Of a DNA stretch of 64,000 bases, positions 11,201 through 26,359 are shown piece by piece. The position numbers and the translations under genes were made by a program. Where the stretch lies: the NCBI GenBank assembly GCA_051294375.1, contig CM119263.1, positions 23,101,330 through 23,165,329 on the forward strand, in the 5' to 3' direction. The notes beneath the pieces were generated by a model, which saw nothing but the letters and a program-made list of their open reading frames with translations, did not search any database and was not told the DNA's origin. Origin of the DNA: Paraspadella gotoi (lineage: Eukaryota; Animalia; Chaetognatha). Position 1 is the stretch's first letter. Each line of letters begins with the position of its first letter.

Positions 11201-13371
11201 GCTGCTGCCATCTGGACATCGGGACGACGAATCAACGACGACGACGACGACGACATCGTCAGCGGTGCCGTCGGATCGACGTTCCGTCACTCTTTCCAAG
11301 TCGAAACTACAACCGCCTTTCGTCTCCAACTCGTTGATGAACAGATACTTGAGTCGAGCGGGTTCGTCCGCTTCCGGGAGCGTCATTTCCGCTTCTAGAA
11401 CATGCTCGGTCGCTTCCGGGACAGCCTCGTCCGCTTCTCGATTCGATCAGGGTTTAAAGAGGGTAAAGCAGTGGTGCGCCGCGGCGGAGGCTTCGACGAA
11501 GAGGCTAAGCGGAAGTTTGAGTTCGGGTAAGTTGAGTAAACATCTTTCTCCCTAGAAATGCTAATAATTTGTCTCTTATTAATTAAAACGGGTTCTTTTT
11601 AAATATTTTTTTAACTCCATGAAACCACCCCCAACATCAGTCCAAGAGAGCGACGTCTCCGTTCCATTATCGTGGACGACGGCTCGGACGCGCTTCCTCG
11701 AGTCGCAAGGCTCGCTCCTCGGCGATAACCCGACAAATTCACCAGAGCAGATGCAGCAAATGCGGCAGTCGAAGCTGCAGGAGGAGCGATTATACTTGAA
11801 GATGCAAAACGAAACTGAGGATAGAACGATATCTCCGATTCCGAAGGTAAGTTACTTTGGTAAGATGTATAAAAACGTCTAATTTACTTTTAAACGAATT
11901 AAATTCTCCAGAACTCTCTGGCGATCGATTGGAGATCCTCCGTCTCGCCCTTTGATCCGCTCACTTCTACCGGAAATTACAACTCCGCCGTTTTGTCTCC
12001 GGCGCCCGAGGCTGTTACTTTGAACGCCGGTTTGTTTAGTCGAGGCGCTAATAACGCAGCTCGGTTCGACGCCGATTCCGTCAGCGGCGCCTCTACCGGA
12101 GATACGAGATCTCAATCCTCGTACAAAACCGCGAAGCCACCGACTTCAACGCTCGACGTTACGACGGGTAACGGGGTTTGAAATATAGACATTGTTAAAT
12201 TAATAACGTAGTAGATAATACTATTGATAAGCAGGACTATGGCCAATAAATATATGCGAATTTGGTTATTTTTTCATTTTTTCGTTGGTATTTTTGACCC
12301 AATATGCTTTGACTCTTGTTTCTCAGATTTGGAGATTCACTTGAAAGAGAAACAATTGCGCCGCCAAGCGTCGAAAAGCGAGAAACGCGAGAATCGAAAG
12401 TCGCTCGACGTGGGAATTCAAACAGATTTGACGCTGTTGATGGCGTCGAAGGAATTCGTCTCTTGTCTCAAGATCGCGTTGCAAGTCTCGCTGCTCTTCG
12501 TTCCTTCGGGTAAACTTTGTCATTTGTTTATAAATGTTCATGATTTAATATCAAATTAGAAGAATATTAAAGACAAATTAGAAAAATAATTATTTATCCA
12601 GGAAACCGCCGCAAGCTCTACCTCCTACTCCGCCTCTGTCGCCGCATCCAGAACAACCCCAAACTCGTTCTCTTCGATCCTTCGGTCGACGTCCGCGAGG
12701 AGCTCAAGCGCATCTTCGCCTCCAGCGTCGTTCGATCGCCCAACGGGTCGTCGACGTCGCCGCGAGAGGCCGCGGCTCGACGCCGTCTTCTCGACTGCGT
12801 TTACGATAACGCCGACGACATCATGTCGCCACCGGCGGAACTCCGCGACGCTCTCGGCGAACTGCAATGCCCTTTCAAAGGGTGCCAAGTGAAGTCGACG
12901 GAACGTTCTGGGAGAGAGACGACTTCGCCGACTCCCCGCTCGACTAAACCCCTCGTCGACGTCAATGCCAACGCCAATCATCATGCCAACTCTAACGTCA
13001 ACGCTACTACCGACGACGTCGGCAAATCTTATTGCCAACGAATGACCCCCGACGAGATGGAGATGAGGAAGCGAGAATCGGCCTCCAAGGGTCTGGAGAC
13101 TCTGCTCGAGTCGATCGTCAAGAGCGAGGTGCTGCCGCTCAAAGAAAAGCGCAAGAAACTTACCCAATTCCAGCAAACACACCCGGATGTCTTTAGGAGG
13201 ATGTTCCCTACACGAGAGCATCTCGAGGTCATTCTGGAGCAGCAAAAGGGAAGGAGAAAGGAGGATAAGGACAAAGAGAACAAGGAGAACAAGGAGAACA
13301 AGGAGAACAAAGAGAAAAAGGATAACAAAAAGAGGAGATCCTGGAAACCCGTTAATTTTTTCCGCTTGTGA
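5205..13371 (+). CDS. DEPDC1: DEP domain-containing protein 1 family (DEP + split RhoGAP-like), multi-exon
   Basis: Spliced exons 5205-5278, 5596-5809, 5984-6110, 6370-6639, 7284-7544, 7898-8055 ... 12602-13371 have consistent phases where checked. Family motifs: PGPYR|ATLLWNEIV..RKRHRFHMRAYEDCFTGEEAVTWL, VPHWILSAMRCLAHWP, YKGFERDVFKVISDYFVSLPEPL, GNRRKLYLLLRL, KKLTQFQQTHPDVFRRMFP. Middle exon boundaries only partly traced. Confidence 0.92.
6898..7057 (+). repeat. Dispersed AT-rich repeat copy (paralogue at 49552-49927)
   Basis: Shares tttgcaaattacttgtt.actat and the identical block aagtcagtgttgtcttctggaaatagagggagcatctata with the 49.5-49.9 kb region. Confidence 0.85.
8851..8922 (+). tRNA. 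tRNA-Asp (anticodon GTC), intronic in DEPDC1
   Basis: TCCTCGGTAGTATAGTGGTGAGTATCCTCGCCTGTCACGCGAGAGACCGGGGTTCGATTCCCCGCCGGGGAG is a canonical cloverleaf with intact A and B boxes, followed by a T6 Pol III terminator. Confidence 0.97.
9692..9855 (+). repeat. ~19-bp purine-rich minisatellite (core GTGAT) at the start of a DEPDC1 intron
   Basis: GTGAT at 9692, 9711, 9730, 9749, 9779, 9794, 9813, 9832, 9848. Confidence 0.75.
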
Positions 13372-13717
13372 TTTCAATGGAAAAAAACATATTTTTCTTT
13401 TTGCTTTTGGTTCGTGTTTCTTTTGTTTTGGTTGTGATCTGCTGATATGGTCTCATTGGTTAAACCGCCATCTATCTAAAAATTGCCAACGCTTCGGGTG
13501 GGCGATGCGACTAACTCAAAATTGTATTTGGATTGTTATTTGTTTCACTGCTTTTGGGATTTTTGTTCCGGATAATAGACACACAGTTTTTGAAAATGTA
13601 ATTTAATGTATCAAAGTAAAGCAATAAGCAATAAAGCACAGTCGAAGCAGAAAGGTTTTTAAATTCAGGACAGATTTTTGCTAAGCTTTGTTTGTGTTTT
13701 CTATCATTTTGTTTTGA

Positions 13718-15471
<1,754 letters not shown>

Positions 15472-15537
15472 TTTTTAAAGCTTTAATGCACAAGTTGGTT
15501 TAGTTTCGGTTCAACGTTTCGGTATAAAAATTCGCGA

Positions 15538-15549
15538 GTCCTTAGCAAC
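15538..15549 (-). promoter_or_regulatory. RFX X-box-like motif GTTGCTAAGGAC ~70 bp upstream of the ARMH1 start codon
   Basis: Reverse complement of gtccttagcaac resembles GTTGCYANGGNAAC and is promoter-proximal. Confidence 0.5.
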
Positions 15550-16298
15550 GAGTGCCTTTTGTTAGTTTCCTGTTTTCCCCTTTCTTACAGCGCTGAGAAG
15601 TCGCAGCGGTAAAAAAGTTCCTATGTTGATCTTAAAATTACTTTATCGATGGTGACATAAATCATTTAGGTCGGAATACTATAAATTTAACAAAAAAATT
15701 TTTATATCAACTGATATTAGACTTTAAAAAAAAGGTCGAATTCATTTCTCAAACTACGTAAATTAAATTAAATTAACATCGAAGCTTAAAAATACACACC
15801 TAAATTTAAATTCCATATTTCTATTGTAGGGCGGTTCGCTCACCCAGCAGAGCTTCTAACGACTCACAATATGCTCCCGCTAACCGCCTCCTCCGAATCC
15901 CGCCGCCCCGACAAAAGGGGAGCGCCTTTCCTCGGTTTTAATCAAACACCGGAAATCCCTTCCCGCGGCAGAGTCGCGCCGCCTTACCTGAATCCTCAAT
16001 GAAACCCACAAACCGACGCTCGAATTTTTTTGAATTAAACCGCGTCTCTTCCCCTCGGCGCCTCCCGCTCCCGCTCCACCTCTTCCAACCCCTGCCCCTC
16101 CGAAAAAAAAAAAACGGGATCTTTAAATTTTATTGCCGCCGTCACTGGCGGCGTTGGCGGGCGGGCGGCGGCGGGCGCGGGCGGGCGGTTCGAATTTTTT
16201 TTTTTTCTTCTCTGGTTTTTGGTTTCCCCGTTTTTATTCTTCCACGCATCCGTTAAAGACCAAAAATCCGCCACCCCGTTTCCATTAATATCGTGGTC

Positions 16299-16329
<31 letters not shown>

Positions 16330-16628
16330 CTTCTCTCTCTCTCTCTCTCTTCTCTCTTCTCTCCTCCTCCTCTCTCTCTCCTCTCTCTCTCTCTCCTCCC
16401 CGATCCACTTCCCTCCTCCTCCTTTTTCCTCCGAATTTGCATCATTGGAGATTTTTATTTTCCAAAAGAATTTTATCACCCGAAGGGAAAAAAAGAATTT
16501 GGCGGCATTGTTAAAAAAAAAAAGAAGAAAGAAAAAAACTGAGGAAAATAAGGAAAAAGGTGCACGCGCCTTCGCTTTAATTTTTGTTGACAAAAGTCGA
16601 CGATTTTCCCGAAAGATTTCATTTTCTT

Positions 16629-16723
<95 letters not shown>

Positions 16724-17731
16724 CTCCATCCCGCGCGGCGTGAGGAGAGGGGAAGTGTTCATTGGCACAAGCAAACGAAATAAATTTGATGGAGATGTTT
16801 TGAAAAATTGAAAATTGTAGGTTTCGCGAGTGTTGATGGCACTTTCCAGTTTTCGGTTTAAGTTTTTCTCTTTTCAAGAAAATAAGCAATCAGAGAAACC
16901 GTGGAATTTTTCACGTCGTCGTTCGACGGGTCCCCCCCCCTTGTTCCCACTATTATTAACTCAATAAAGTTATTAAGTGTTTTTCTGTGAATCATTCAAA
17001 AATAATGACGAAGTATTTGATCGTCAGGAACAAGCGATAGTTGATTAAAACAAAAAAGAAATTTAGCGTCAATAGATATATTAGTCGTAGTCTCGAGTTC
17101 AGTCATTTGTCACAAGTGTACTCTGTGAAGTGAATTGTGAAGTGAAGTGAAGTATGAAACGTCAAGTAAATATGAACTTTTTTGAGTAGATTCTATGAAA
17201 AACATTTTTAGCTAATTTTTTGAAAGGAATCACAAACCTACTTTCCGGTACTGTGATATGCACAACAACGAGTTTAAAATGTTAAACAATTAAAGAAGGG
17301 TTAGGTCATCAGAGACTAAAAATTTTATTGTAGCATATTTAGGTAAAATTACTTATTTTTAACTCAGTTTCGAGCGTATTATCAGATTAGTGATTTTTCT
17401 TTAATTGGTTAAAGTGTTTCAAATTTATCCGCCTCCTTTTATATTCTTCTCTTCGAAATCCATTTCTCAATTTCGCTCCAGTTTCACATCACTTCACTCC
17501 GACCATCGATCCCCTCTACCTCCCTCCCCCCCCCCATCCTCCCCCTTCTTTTTTCACGACCCTTTCTTCGCCAGAGTATTTTTCCATAAACAGATCCGAT
17601 TTTGGTTTTAATCCTCTCCCATTGTCTGGAGGCTTTGTCGCGCTCCGAGTTGATTGTTTGACAGGATATTATTGGTTCTTCGTCTCCGCGAAACTAAAAC
17701 CAAATTTCATTTCGCGGAAGAGGCAGAAGGA

Positions 17732-17815
<84 letters not shown>

Positions 17816-18279
17816 AGAGAGAAGAGACACAGCAGCAAACTTCGCGGCTCTGACGCGGCGCCGGCGATCGGCGAAGCCCCAAAACAAAATTTGCAATTCT
17901 TAAATGATCTGAAAGATAGAGCCGGTGTAAGGAAAGTGAGGCGCCGCGGGGCGTGGCCTCCCCCTTGAAAGGGTGAGGAAGAGCGTGTTAAGGTAAGGCT
18001 GATGCGAGCAGAGAACGTCGGTTGGTGAGGATATGGAAAAGCTGAAGTGTAACGCGGGAAGACGTCGGTGAGGCAAAGCAAGGACGTCGTGGAAAATCAT
18101 CCCGCGGGAGTGAAGCGAAGCGAGAGAAAGATTGGGAGATAAACAATGATAAGATAGAGAGTGAGAGATGGAGTCGGAAGACGGAAGGAGAGGAAACGTT
18201 GGGTGAAACGCGAAAGAGAAGTTTCGGTGTTGCGCAAAATCACGGAGGCTGCATCACGTGACGAAAAGATGAGATTTCT

Positions 18280-18900
18280 AGGAAAAGGTATAAAATGGGG
18301 AGAAAGAAAAGTGGAAGGGAGGGTGAAAAAAAATGAAGGGAGAAGGGGAAGGGGAATAGAAAGTGGGTTGAAAAGAGTAGAATAATTTCAAAAAGGGGAA
18401 AGAAAAAATGAAGAGAAAGTGGGAGAAATAGAAAAGGGGGAGATAGATTGAAAAGAAGGGGAGCGAAAAAATAGGTAAAAAAAATACATTGAGGAAAAAA
18501 AGGGAAAGGGCAGAAAAAGGAAGAAGGGAGAAAGAGGGACAAGGGAGGGAAGGGAAGGGGAAGGGGNNNNNNNNNNNNNNNNNNNNNNNNNAGGGGGACA
18601 AAGGTTGGAAAAAGACAAAAGAGAGAAGGGGAGAAAAACCGAAGGGGAAAAGAAAGGACGGAAGGGGAAAGAAAAGAGAAAAGGCAAAGAAGGCAGAGGA
18701 AAGGAGACCAAAGCAGGAAAGGGACAAGGGAGGAAAGGAAAGGGGAAGGGAGAGAAAAAGGAAGAAGGGAGGAAAGAGGGACAAGGGAGGAAAGGGACAA
18801 GGGAGGAAAGGAAAGGGGAAGGGGAAAAAAGGAAGAAGGGAGGAAAGAAGGACAAGGGTGGAAAGGGAAAAGGGAGGAAAGGAAAGGGGAAGAAGAAAAG
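18280..18900. repeat. Polypurine low-complexity tract with recurring gggacaagggaggaaagg units and an N-gap
   Basis: Near-pure A/G strand with the unit repeated about 5 times. Confidence 0.85.
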
Positions 18901-19842
18901 GCACGGAAGACGAACGCGAACCCGAAAAAAAACTACACCTGAGCTTAAAAATCTGTGCTCCACCATTTTTTTTGAGAGAGAAAAAAAATTGAGACTAAGC
19001 TCAGGTTTAATTTTCTTTTATTTCATAGTTCTTTCTTTTTTTTTTTTTTCTTTCTAACTTTCTTTCTTTCTTTCTTTCTTTCTTCTTTCTTTCTTTCTTT
19101 CTTTCTTTTCATTACTATCTTTATTTCTTTCATTCTATCTATCTTTCTTTCTTTTATTTCTTTCTTTTTTCTCTCTTTCTTCTTTTCGTTGGAATAAAAA
19201 TTTTTCGCGAGAATGAGAGAATGAGAAACCAAAAGAAAAAAAATATGAATAAAATGAAAAGAAGACAAACAAACTTTTCCACTCTTCAGTTTTCTTTTTT
19301 TATTTTATTTTCCTTTTTTTTTTGCATCTGCGTCGCTCGACATTCGCGGACTTCCAAAAAAAAAAAGAAGAAAAACTCGCGAATGAAAATTATGATTGTA
19401 CTTTACGAAATGTTAAAAAAATAAGAAGAAAAAAAACAATAGTACTTCTCGTCAGTTTATGTTTTGAACCTCATTACTCGGTTGTTGTTGTTGTTGTTTT
19501 TTTGTGTTGTTTTTTTTTTTCAAACCCGAAAAGAAAAATGATCCACGCGAGGAGAAAAAGACGGATGCGACGACTGGCGGGCATCTGTCGGAATTACTTT
19601 TCACGCCATCTCTTATATGAGAAATTGATAAACAAAAGAACAAAACGACGGCGAAAGCGTTGGAAGGGGGCGGCGAGAGGGGGGGGGAAGAGTTGAGGAA
19701 GAGAAAAAAAATATCAATTTTTCAAAACTCGTCATTACAAAACAAAACTCGTCGGCAACGTGGAAGACGACGAGCATCGGCGACGTCGCGAGCAGGTATC
19801 CTCGAAATGAAAAATATCCCGAACGCCACGAGAGAGAGAGAA

Positions 19843-19906
<64 letters not shown>

Positions 19907-21143
19907 ACAGAGAGGAATAAGATTACTACGAGTAAAAGAAAAAAAAAGTCCATTTTTTTTAAAAAAAACAAAAAAACAAAAACTCATTCGACGAAAAATA
20001 AAAAGAGGAAGCAAAGGGATCCTCGTCAAGAAAAGCAGCGGCTCCGCCAGACTCAATTCTTTCTTTTCGCATAATACATATGCAATTATGCATACGAGGT
20101 TATGTAGGTCTTTTATCATCGGCGACGACTCATTTATCTCGGAATTCGATCGCAATTAATTTCCTCATTCTTCTCCCGACTCGCCTCTCTCTCTCTCTCT
20201 CTGTCTCTCCTTTTCTTTCGTTTCCCTTTTTTTTCTTTCTTTCTCGTCGTCAATGCAGAGGTTAAATTGTTTACGCGGTCATTCTCCTCCTTTTTTTCGT
20301 CGTCACGTCGGATTTCGTGTCAGACTCGACGAAAAGGAAGCGGAGAATCGGAAAATGCCGTAGCAGATTCCCGGGTTTAATCGATTCCGAACGTTGACCT
20401 AAATTAGATAAATCATCGAACTTCGACGCCCAACGAAGGATTTCGAACAAAGGGCGGGGAAGATCGAGCCACCAGTTTCGAACCAAAAGGCGCGTCCTGT
20501 GCACAAATAAAACAAAAAGAGATCGCTTCTCACCAACGACGAAAATTCGCCCCCTCCACAACGAGACCGGTGTGGGGGGGGAATGTTATATAAAGGGCAA
20601 AATCAGAGAAGAATATTGACGAAATGAAAAAAAAAAAAAAAAAATAAATGACGATTTTTTCCAAGACTTTTTGATTTGATCTTGATTGGAAATTGGATAT
20701 GAACCCAGATTTTACATATTTATCGTTGTTTTTCAAATGATATTTTCGGAAAAAAAAAACGGGGAAATTATTTTAATGCAAGATTCGAAACATAAATGAA
20801 TGTGCATCTTGATTCTGTCGCGAAAGCGTGCGACTTAGGCACGAATCACTGCTCTGTCTTTGAAAACATGAACGTAATATAGAGATACTATCGGGCTCTT
20901 CTTCTCTCTTGATATCGGGTTTCCCCGTCACCATCTCCTTAAACCATTTTAGTGCACCGTTCCCCGTCTCTAAAACCCGCGTCTTTGTCTCTAAAACTCC
21001 GTCCCGATCGCCACAACCCGTGACGACGGGTCGACGACGATTGACGTCAAAGCGATTCCTCCGATTCTAAAAAAATAAACTTCAATTTCGTTTCCCCCTC
21101 GTTTCTTCTCTCCCAGGGCGAATCAAAATGGGAAAAAATGTTT

Positions 21144-21174
<31 letters not shown>

Positions 21175-22378
21175 TAGTCGTGTTGGATTTTTTTTTTTTT
21201 TTTGCAATTCGTATTTGTCATCATCTTTGTCATGGACGGTTTCTTCAGCATTTGTCAATCGTTTTATTGTCATTCTGAAATTCCGAGTTTCCTCACTTTC
21301 GATATATAATTTTTTGTCATCATTGCCGACTAATTAGTTATTTTTTTTGTTCTTGATTTAGAACATCTTCGTTGTCACTGTTCGGGTGTCCTTTTCGTCG
21401 TTGTCATCGGGAGGATTCAGTGGAGACGAAACTTTCAACCGACAACGACCCGGCGACAGCAGATTGATTAGTTTACCTACTGACCAGTGATTTAAAGAAA
21501 GTGGTACAACAACTATCAAAGGAATGGATGATTTTATATACATTCGTACGCTATCTTCCCTTCACACTTATTTTGTTTTTGACATAGTCTTTGCTAAATG
21601 TCCTTAGTTTATAAACAAGTGTTATCATAAAAGGGTCACTTACCAATGTTTTTCTGACCATCTTCAGTGCGCCATTAATTAAAGTACGTTTCATTGGGCA
21701 CCGGGTCGAAAATCGGGGCTGAGGTCTCAAGGTCGCTGCGCCATGGATTTCCCTCGGGCGACGACGACGACGACTACACAATGACGACGACGGCTTCGAT
21801 GGCCGATGGGTAGCATGACAAATCTCTCTTCCTTCCTCCTTCCTTATGAAAAAAAAAAAAAAAAGAAAGAAAAACTTGACGACAATGACGAAGACTACGA
21901 AAGACGACACGGAATGACGACTATTATGACGACGACGACGATCGTCTTCGTGGACGGAAGAAGAATAAAAAAAAAATCTTCATTCGACTTTCGTCTCTTT
22001 GCTTAATTTTATTATTTTTTTTAATGTTTTCGTCTGCGGACGAAAAGAGCGAAAAAAAAAAAGAACTGATTAATTTTTCTTCTCTCTCGTGTTTTGTCTC
22101 TCGACGGGAGAGAAAAAAAAAAGGCTAATGACGCGACGACTTCGCGGTTTTCAAGTTCCTTCGTTTTTTTTCTATTCGTCTGTTTTGTGGCGATCGGCAT
22201 TTCGAATATATTTTGAAACTGCCTTCCGTTAAAGAAAGTTTTCAATTTAAAAAAAAAAGGTTTAGCAACGAATACTATCATAATCATAATTTCATTTAAG
22301 TTAATTCGTTACGTTGTCTCGACTCGCTATTTGCACGAAAAATAAACCTTGACATGGTCGCGTCCAAGGGTCGGCACC

Positions 22379-24640
22379 ATGGCCGCCTGGTACCGCGGAC
22401 TCGCGCCCGCCTCCCCGCCGCCGGCGGCGAGAACCCAAACCGCCGACAATCAAACTCTCGTCCTATAAATTTTCCAACTCTGACGTGCCCGCCTGGGAAT
22501 CAGGGTTTGCAGGTCAGGCGGGGAGAGGTATAGGCCTGGTTGGAAAACTTTATTACCTTCCACCCAAATTTTCGACCCTCAGATGCCGGGACCCAAGTGG
22601 CCCATAGGCGGGGCGAACCAGGGCGCCGGCGGCGGATATTTGGTCTCCGCCGGTTACCATGGAACCACGGGCCTAGGTACACTCCGTCGGAACTTTCCTA
22701 TTTCAATCAGGTTCGCATCGACGAGAAAAAAAAAAAAGAAATTAATTTTGATTCGAGAAGACGTTAAAATAAAAAGTGGCGAATGTTGATAATTTTATCT
22801 CTCGACGTTCAGTTATTTTTTTCCTTTCGTTTATCTTTACTCGTTAGATTCTCGCCTTTTTTTGGCTTCATTTTTTCTCATCGTTTCTATTCTCCAGGTG
22901 GCGCAAATCACCGACCACTCTTTCTCTCCTCCGCGGCGGCACGTGACGGTTGAAAAGGCTGGCTCACGGCATCACTTGCATCATCAACGTCACGGTCCAG
23001 ATCCCGACTCTTCACATGCCCAAAGTTGAGAGCATACACCTCAGGTAGAGACTTGCTCGGTTGACCAAGAGTTGAGACCGAATTTAATCGGCCATTTTGG
23101 GCTTCGTTTTTTTGGTTTGTATTTTAAAGGGTTAATATTTTATATAGTGAAAGAACTTAACATAACAAATCTTAACTATTGTGCTGTGCCACACAAACTT
23201 TTATCATCTGCATAATTTGTACAGTATATTAATTAATGATACTATTTTCTGAATTCAATGTTTTAAAATTTGTAAAAAACTGGTTACTAGAGTGATGTGA
23301 AAATAATAAAATTTATAAAATTAAATTTAGCATATAAACTTAAAAATAAAAACCAATAAAATTTATTTTAAATATTAGACATTAGTGGGCACCAGTGACC
23401 TATATTATATATAATAATAAATATATAATAGCTAAATTCAAAATGCCTAAATTTTTTTAATTTTTTAAAACGAATTTCCTTGCAAAAAAGTTGATATAAG
23501 AAGGTTATTTCTTTTTTAAAAATTTTTTTTATTAAGTTGGCCAAAAATTTTTAATTTTCAGATTAATAACATATTTTTAAAAAAAGATTTATATTTTCTT
23601 TTATCAACTTTTTATGAGGAATTTGAATTCTGTTCTCAGAACTTTTAAAATTTTTGAAATTTTGATATTATATAAGGGTAGTAATATATAAAAATAAGCT
23701 GCCTAAGCTTCATATACATAAAAAAAAATAACTACAGATTAGTATTCACTTATAGAAAGTTTTCAAAAATATAACTGCTAAATTTTGATTCCAAACTTTC
23801 ACTTTACTCGACTGGTTACATCAAAATAATCGCATCCTCATAAGATGACGTATTTTTAATTACATGTACTACGTTATTTTTGTATCCGTAAAAAGATTTT
23901 CAATAATTTTATGACAATTAAAGTCGGTCTTCAAATTTCATTTTGCTTCACTCCACTCTTCTCACCCCAGACTCGAGGATGATCCCCGGACCCGCCTCAA
24001 CTACTACTTCGACCCCGTCGCCGACAAAATCAAGGAAGTCGAGGAGCGGGGCGGTCGCACTCTGCTCCACTGGCGTCGCTGGAGTGAGTCGTAGCGCCTC
24101 CCTCACCATCGCCTACCTCGTCAAGCATCATCGAATGACGCTTGGCCAAGCTTATCTCCACGTCAAGGCGCGACGACCCATCATCCGACCCAACCTTGGC
24201 TTTTGGCGCCAACTAATGGACTACGAAAAGAAGCAACGCGGATGTTCGACGGTCCGAATGGTCAATTCGCCCGTGGGTCCAAATCCCCGACGCTCTATCG
24301 GACGACGCCTAAATCCTTCGCCTCGTTGCCGACCGGACACGGGAGTCTCTTTCGCGCCGGAATTAGCGCCGGCCGCTTCGCCGCTCGTTGTTGCCGCCGC
24401 CGGCGCCGGGGCGACCGCCGGCGCCCCGGCATCGACGGGGGCGTCGCGACTTCCGGCTTGAAACAGAGACAAAACTCCTCGTCGGGTCTCTCGCCGACGC
24501 TTGGCGCGCCGCGGAGAGCAGAAAAAGCCAGGGAGGCGGCGCTGGAGCCGGCGGACAGAGCAGCTACTTTCCGACGCCGCCGTCCTCGAGCGACGCTGTC
24601 GTCGGCGCTATTCGAAGTCGCACACAGTTTCTTTTTTTGC
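22379..24640 (+). pseudogene. Frameshifted copy A of the DUSP14/18-like phosphatase (pseudogene or error-rich duplicate)
   Basis: Same exons as copy B with many 1-nt indels. The catalytic codons read CAC TGG CGT instead of CAC TGC GTC. Confidence 0.7.
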
Positions 24641-25492
24641 AAATCGACGGCCGACCATTCTCTTTGCATTTCCTTTGGGATCCAAAGATTTTTTTTTTAT
24701 TAATGATATTTATTTATATTTTTTGGAATGTTATTTGTAAAATTTAATAGATTTTTTTTCCTTTCCGAGGAAAGAATTTAGCGAAAGTGGCCAACTGAAT
24801 TGAAAAATTTTGCGAACGCTAGTCACGCGCATGCCTTGCTTTGCGGATTAATCGTACATATTTTTATAGTATTTTCCGAACTTACAGAATATTCATTTAG
24901 TAAATAATTTTTTTTAGAGAGTACATCCTCTTCGACGAAACTCAATATATTTGATCAATCAGTTTTTTTGCCTTTTTTTCTTTATTGTTTTCCAGTTGTA
25001 TCTGTAATAAATTATTATTTAGTACTGTCATCATTTCTGCATTTCTTGTAATTAAAACATTTTCTTTATGTAATTGTTGTCGAACCAAGAGATTGAGTAA
25101 ACGTTTTGTATTGATTCAGGATGGCTTTTTGATTGAATTGTTGGTTCAGAAAAAGTTGTATAAAATTAAAAAAAACATTTTCGAAGTCGAAAATTTCGGT
25201 TTTGCTTTTATTTCTCCAAGAAATTAAGAAATGAGAACTGATAAGGGATGCAAGGAAGGAATTCAAAAGAGCTAAAAAGGAAAGAAATCATTTTGCGGGA
25301 AAAAGGAAAAATGACGGATAGAGGAAAGAATAGGTAAAGGCATAACTCAGAAAAGGATAAAAAAAAAAAAAAAAAAGAAGAGAAGGTGGACAACGAGATG
25401 CCTCTCATGGGATGTGACAATTTCCCTTTTATGAGTTGTCTCCGGATTTCGTTTTCAAATCCTTTTTAGAATCTCTCTCTCTCTCTCTCGTA

Positions 25493-25540
<48 letters not shown>

Positions 25541-26296
25541 CCATTCCTGCTCTATCCCTCCCTAATCTTTTCTCTCTGCCCGCGGACCGGAAATCCCGAG
25601 GCGGCGGTGGTGGCGGTGTAGATGTGGTAGAGACGGGTTGAAAGTGACGAGGTGGGAAGGCTAAGAATTTTTAATAATAAACTATGGTATATGGTATAGT
25701 TGGACAGTAAACATCGGACTTATTATTGTGGCATCACGGATTAAATCAGAAAGGGAACGCCTCGGAGTTTAGAGAATTAACAAATTATTCTGTCTCGCGA
25801 AGTGAATAAATAGACGAGAAGGGACGTCACTTGTTACGCGAAAGAAGTTGGAGATGATAAATTAAATAGAAATAAAATGTCGTAAACTCGATGGTATGTT
25901 AAAACTAAATCGAACAAGTTCCACACATTGCAGGTATGAGGAATTTTAAACGGACGACCTAGCGCTAGCAATGTCACCGCTCAACCAGATTTATTAATCA
26001 TTTCCTTCGTTGCTCGATTATCGAAACTTAATCAAAGCCATGATTAATACCCTTAATTAATACTGCGGCGAACGAAGCCGCGTTTTGACGGAAAGCAAGA
26101 GAACTCGGGAGAGAGAGAAGATTTCTTTTTTTGAAATATTTAATTTCGATGATGTTCGGGAGTTATGAGGAATTTGTCAAACGCGCCTCTCTCTTCGTCT
26201 CTCTCTCTCTCTCTGTTCTCTCTTCTCTCTCTCTCTCTTCTCTCTCTGCTCTCTCTCTCTCTCTCTGTTTCTCTCTCCTCTCTCTCTCTCTCTCTT

Positions 26297-26359
<63 letters not shown>

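Noticed and set aside
16035-20155. Numerous ORFs of ERERER / SLSLSL / KKERK type (also at 26131, 37387, 57365, 58199)
   Set aside because: They are translations of GA/CT microsatellites and polypurine tracts with no domain or splice support.
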